DNA from: Amoebophrya sp. A120
Taxonomy: Eukaryota; Protista; Dinoflagellata
Length of the DNA: 64,000 nucleotides
Direction of reading: 5' to 3'
NCBI GenBank assembly: GCA_905178155.1
Contig: CAJINV010000013.1
Location: 920,344-984,343, forward strand
The translations under genes were made by a program, and so were the position numbers. Below, piece after piece: positions 60,542 to 64,000 of this stretch. The number at the start of each line of letters is the position of its first letter. Position 1 is the stretch's first letter. The notes beneath the pieces were generated by a model, which saw only the letters and a list, made by a program, of their open reading frames with translations, was not told the DNA's origin and searched no databases.

Positions 60542-63500
60542 AACCTAGCAACCCTTTTGGTATCGATGGTTTCCTGCCTCATGATACCGAGGTACTTGAA
60601 AATAAAAGTACCGGAAGTGCCGGCTTCGCATCTACTCCGGCGCGCATCTTCACACTATTCCTATTGTAATTGTCAACATGACCATAATCCAAAAGGACGC
60701 ACTTCGAAAGGAGTGGCTTGCGCTGGTCGACCACATGCGCATTGCGAAGATCGAGAACAACATCGAAATAGAAATTGCAACGCTTTGAATTGTAACACCA
60801 CAGCTGAGCGGGCCATACGTACTCTGTCACCGCTGCCTCGTCCTTTCTGGAGGCGGTGGCTGCTGCTCCCGCCGTGGCTGAACCTCGGACAAAAACTCAA
60901 GCTGCCAGAGACGTTGTCATTGCGGTTTGAGGCAAATCATGAAGCAGCCCCGATCTATTTCAGAACAAACCGACACGAAGCAACGTGCTTTACCAAACAA
61001 CTTTTCAAGCATTTTTCGTTTCACCACTTACAACTGGGAGATAGTCGAAGTTCGTTTCACGGCAGTTGAGCAGGTAAGAAAAAGCTCGTCGAGGATGTTG
61101 AACTTTTATATTTATGAGATGAACACCAATACGCTTATATTTGTAGGACACGAGATCACCGCCGGCTGTATTTCTATTTTGTTGCTCGTAACCGCTCCAA
61201 CTACTCCTTCTCCGGCCCGTAATATGTGCTCCTCGTCGCCCTCTGCCATGAAGCTGACGGCTGGCAGGGGAAAACTTCCACGCAGCACACTATATCAGGT
61301 TTATTATCTCACCGCGACACTTTCACTTTCTGTTTCTGTTTCTCCTGAGAGAAATGGATGAATGACATCCAAAACGCTACACATCAGGCGGCGCACGAGG
61401 GGAAATTCGCCAAAGTCTTGCAATACCGAAGAGGGAACGGCGCCAAGGAAGAGCTGGCTTTTAGCACTGACGTGATGAGAAAGTGAAAGGCCAGCGCCGG
61501 AGGACCGCCATTATTTTTTATCAAAAATTCCAAAAACAATAACAAGCACGCTTACTTAAGTTGTATCTTTATCGTCTAACTTCGCGAATCTACTATGTTT
61601 CTGCACCAAATCTACGAAGCAATTAAGTACAAAAACAGGCTTGCAGCGCCGAATATCATTTTACTTTCTCCGTCGATCATTTCCCTATCCCTTCACAGGA
61701 GCATCCCTGCGACTCAATAAAGAAAAAAGCATCGCTGGACCCAAACAAGACAGGTTGTCGAAGCCCGACACGACTTGTTTTGTTTGCCGTTGCAGTATCC
61801 CTGCATCAACATGAGGATGAGGAAGAGACAATATTCTCGCAACCAGTCAAAACTTCCTCGAGGTCTCGGCTCGCTCCGTGGTCGGTCCTGCTTTTTTCAT
61901 CGAAAAAGTTGTTGTATATCTACATATCTCTGAATTGATAACAAGAAAGCGCGCCATAATATCTTTTTGTTTTTCTCATCGATCTGCAATTTCAGTTTTA
62001 TCTTCGTACAACTCTAGTTCGCGGTGCAAGGCGAAGACTTTTGCGAAAACACGGGCAGGGAGATTCTTCACGCTGTCGGGCAAGCCTTCTATCGCCACCA
62101 GGACGGCACCTGGGTGGCGGAATAGCGATGTCTGAGTTGTCAAGATACGGTGTTCGTGTGCACGTCCACTCTGAAGAAGAATGAGAAAAGACAATAACAC
62201 AATGTCAATGGACAAGCACGAGAATGATGATGATGATGATGACAACTCTAGTTCTAGGTAGCCCCGACATGAATACTTTTGCGTTCTATCTTCAATTACA
62301 GAGCCAGACAATTTGAATCGCATCTAAAAAGCCCCATGAAGAGAAACAAATCATTTGTGAGGAGCGTTGTCTTCCCTGCAGGTATCCCCTGCTGCGCGGC
62401 ATCCACCTTCGTTTATTAGTGCTCTGAAATTATTTTTGTGTGATATTGCCCACAGTGGAGACGATGTGGGCAACTCGCCGAACAATACAAAGAAGGCAAT
62501 GGACGAAGAAACCGAGAGTGGAGACTCAACATACAAGGCGAAGGTAACCATCTCCGAACATGTGTCAGAAATGAATTGAAGGAAACCACGCCTCACGTTT
62601 CCAATTTATTTCCGCTAAGCTTGATGTCGATCCCAACAACAAACAACTACGCGCAAGAAGAGTCTATCTATAACAAAGCAGGGCAACGCCATGATCAATT
62701 TACCTCGTGTATAAGGAGGAAGAATAACTCATCACATGGGTGTTCCTTGACCTGCTCAATGCAACCACCTCCTTGCGGAGACGCGCCAGATCGGACAGAC
62801 TACAGCGCGCACCTAGCTGATCCTTGTTTCTTGATAGACGAAAACCACAAAGGAGTTGGACGAACTCCATGAATGTCGACGATTCATCGGTCGGGAATTT
62901 TCAAATATCTCATATCATTCCTTTCCGATGTGATAATTTTGAGATCGATAGATTCATGGAGATGGATGGACCATAAGATCGATTATGGGTGTATGAAATC
63001 GAATATTTTGGGGTCATATGATTGGAAGACTCTTTTCTCGATCTGGATTCTGTTTAATTTTTATTTTTTTAATGGATTTTATAGAGTGTCGAGATCGACA
63101 GATAAAAAATGAAAATCTGAAGATTGATCGAAATAATAAATTATGGTAGTTCAGGATCTGGATTGATGTCAGAACGAAAATATTTTTTTTTTCGAAAATT
63201 TTTCCAGGATGAGATTCTGCATATTATTATTATCTTCAAGATATTTACAAAAAATAAAATCGGAAAATGATTTTCGAACTCTTCAAAAATGAAAAATTTG
63301 GATCGATCCATATTTCGAAATTTTTTGGGAATATTTCGAAAGAATTCTGGAATCTCGGAATATTGGAATCTCGGAACAGAATTCGGTGAATCTCGGAATG
63401 TGTTACAAGATTCGATTCAATATGAAAATATATCTTCTTTTCCTATTCTGAAATTAATATTCAAATTGTTGGAAAATCAAAATCTATACCATAGAAATTC

Positions 63501-64000
63501 CCAAAGATGAGATATTCTTATTCATTTTTTCAATCCAACAAGATAAGATCCGTGAAGAATGGATTCATTTGTGTTTGTTTGTTTGTAGACATGCGATAAG
63601 GTGGAAATATGATTATTCACCTTTTTTGAAGTTTGCTTGAAAAAATATTCAATGACTGCTACGACCGATAATGCTAGTGTGCAACTGTTTTAAAAATAGC
63701 AGCGACCTGCTGGCGTCCATTTTCATCTTTATTGCAACCCAAACAGAACCAGATGAAAGATTTTCTATCTTCTTCGATCCTGTGTTGTTCACATCTATTA
63801 CACGTTGCCATGAGTTGAGATCAATCAAGACCTGGGAATTACATCAACAACAGATGATTACAACCGATAGAGGAACGAATAGAACCAATCTACTCAGGAA
63901 AAAGTTTTCAAATGGAACTCTCATCCAGCTCTTCAAAAGTTTAAGGTAACGGCGCTAGCAGTTGGCATGGACTTTTGTTGCGCACGTGGTATCTATAGAT

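Overview
Eukaryotic, gene-dense window in which every supportable gene lies on the + strand. The dominant signal is a massive invasion of coding sequence by short non-autonomous TIR elements that appear to act as non-canonical introns (introner elements). I could delimit about 29 of them (146-812 bp). Almost all start TAT and end ATA, carry terminal inverted repeats, are flanked by a perfect or decayed 5-bp direct repeat, and share a repeated internal TTGTnATGC/GCATnACAA motif. Deleting each element plus one 5-nt repeat copy restores the reading frame, including the conserved domains of an FtsH/m-AAA protease, a phospholipid scramblase and an F-box/WD40 protein. Ordinary GT-AG introns co-occur. 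This architecture matches what is known for the parasitic dinoflagellate Amoebophrya (Syndiniales); that assignment is an inference. The window also holds a three-member family of putative secreted proteins, a mucin-like type I membrane protein, a Mutator/foldback-like MITE with a 9-bp TSD, a poly(A) retroposon-like insert nested in an introner, and a 12-bp minisatellite in a large intron. All gene models and boundaries were built by hand and need RNA evidence.
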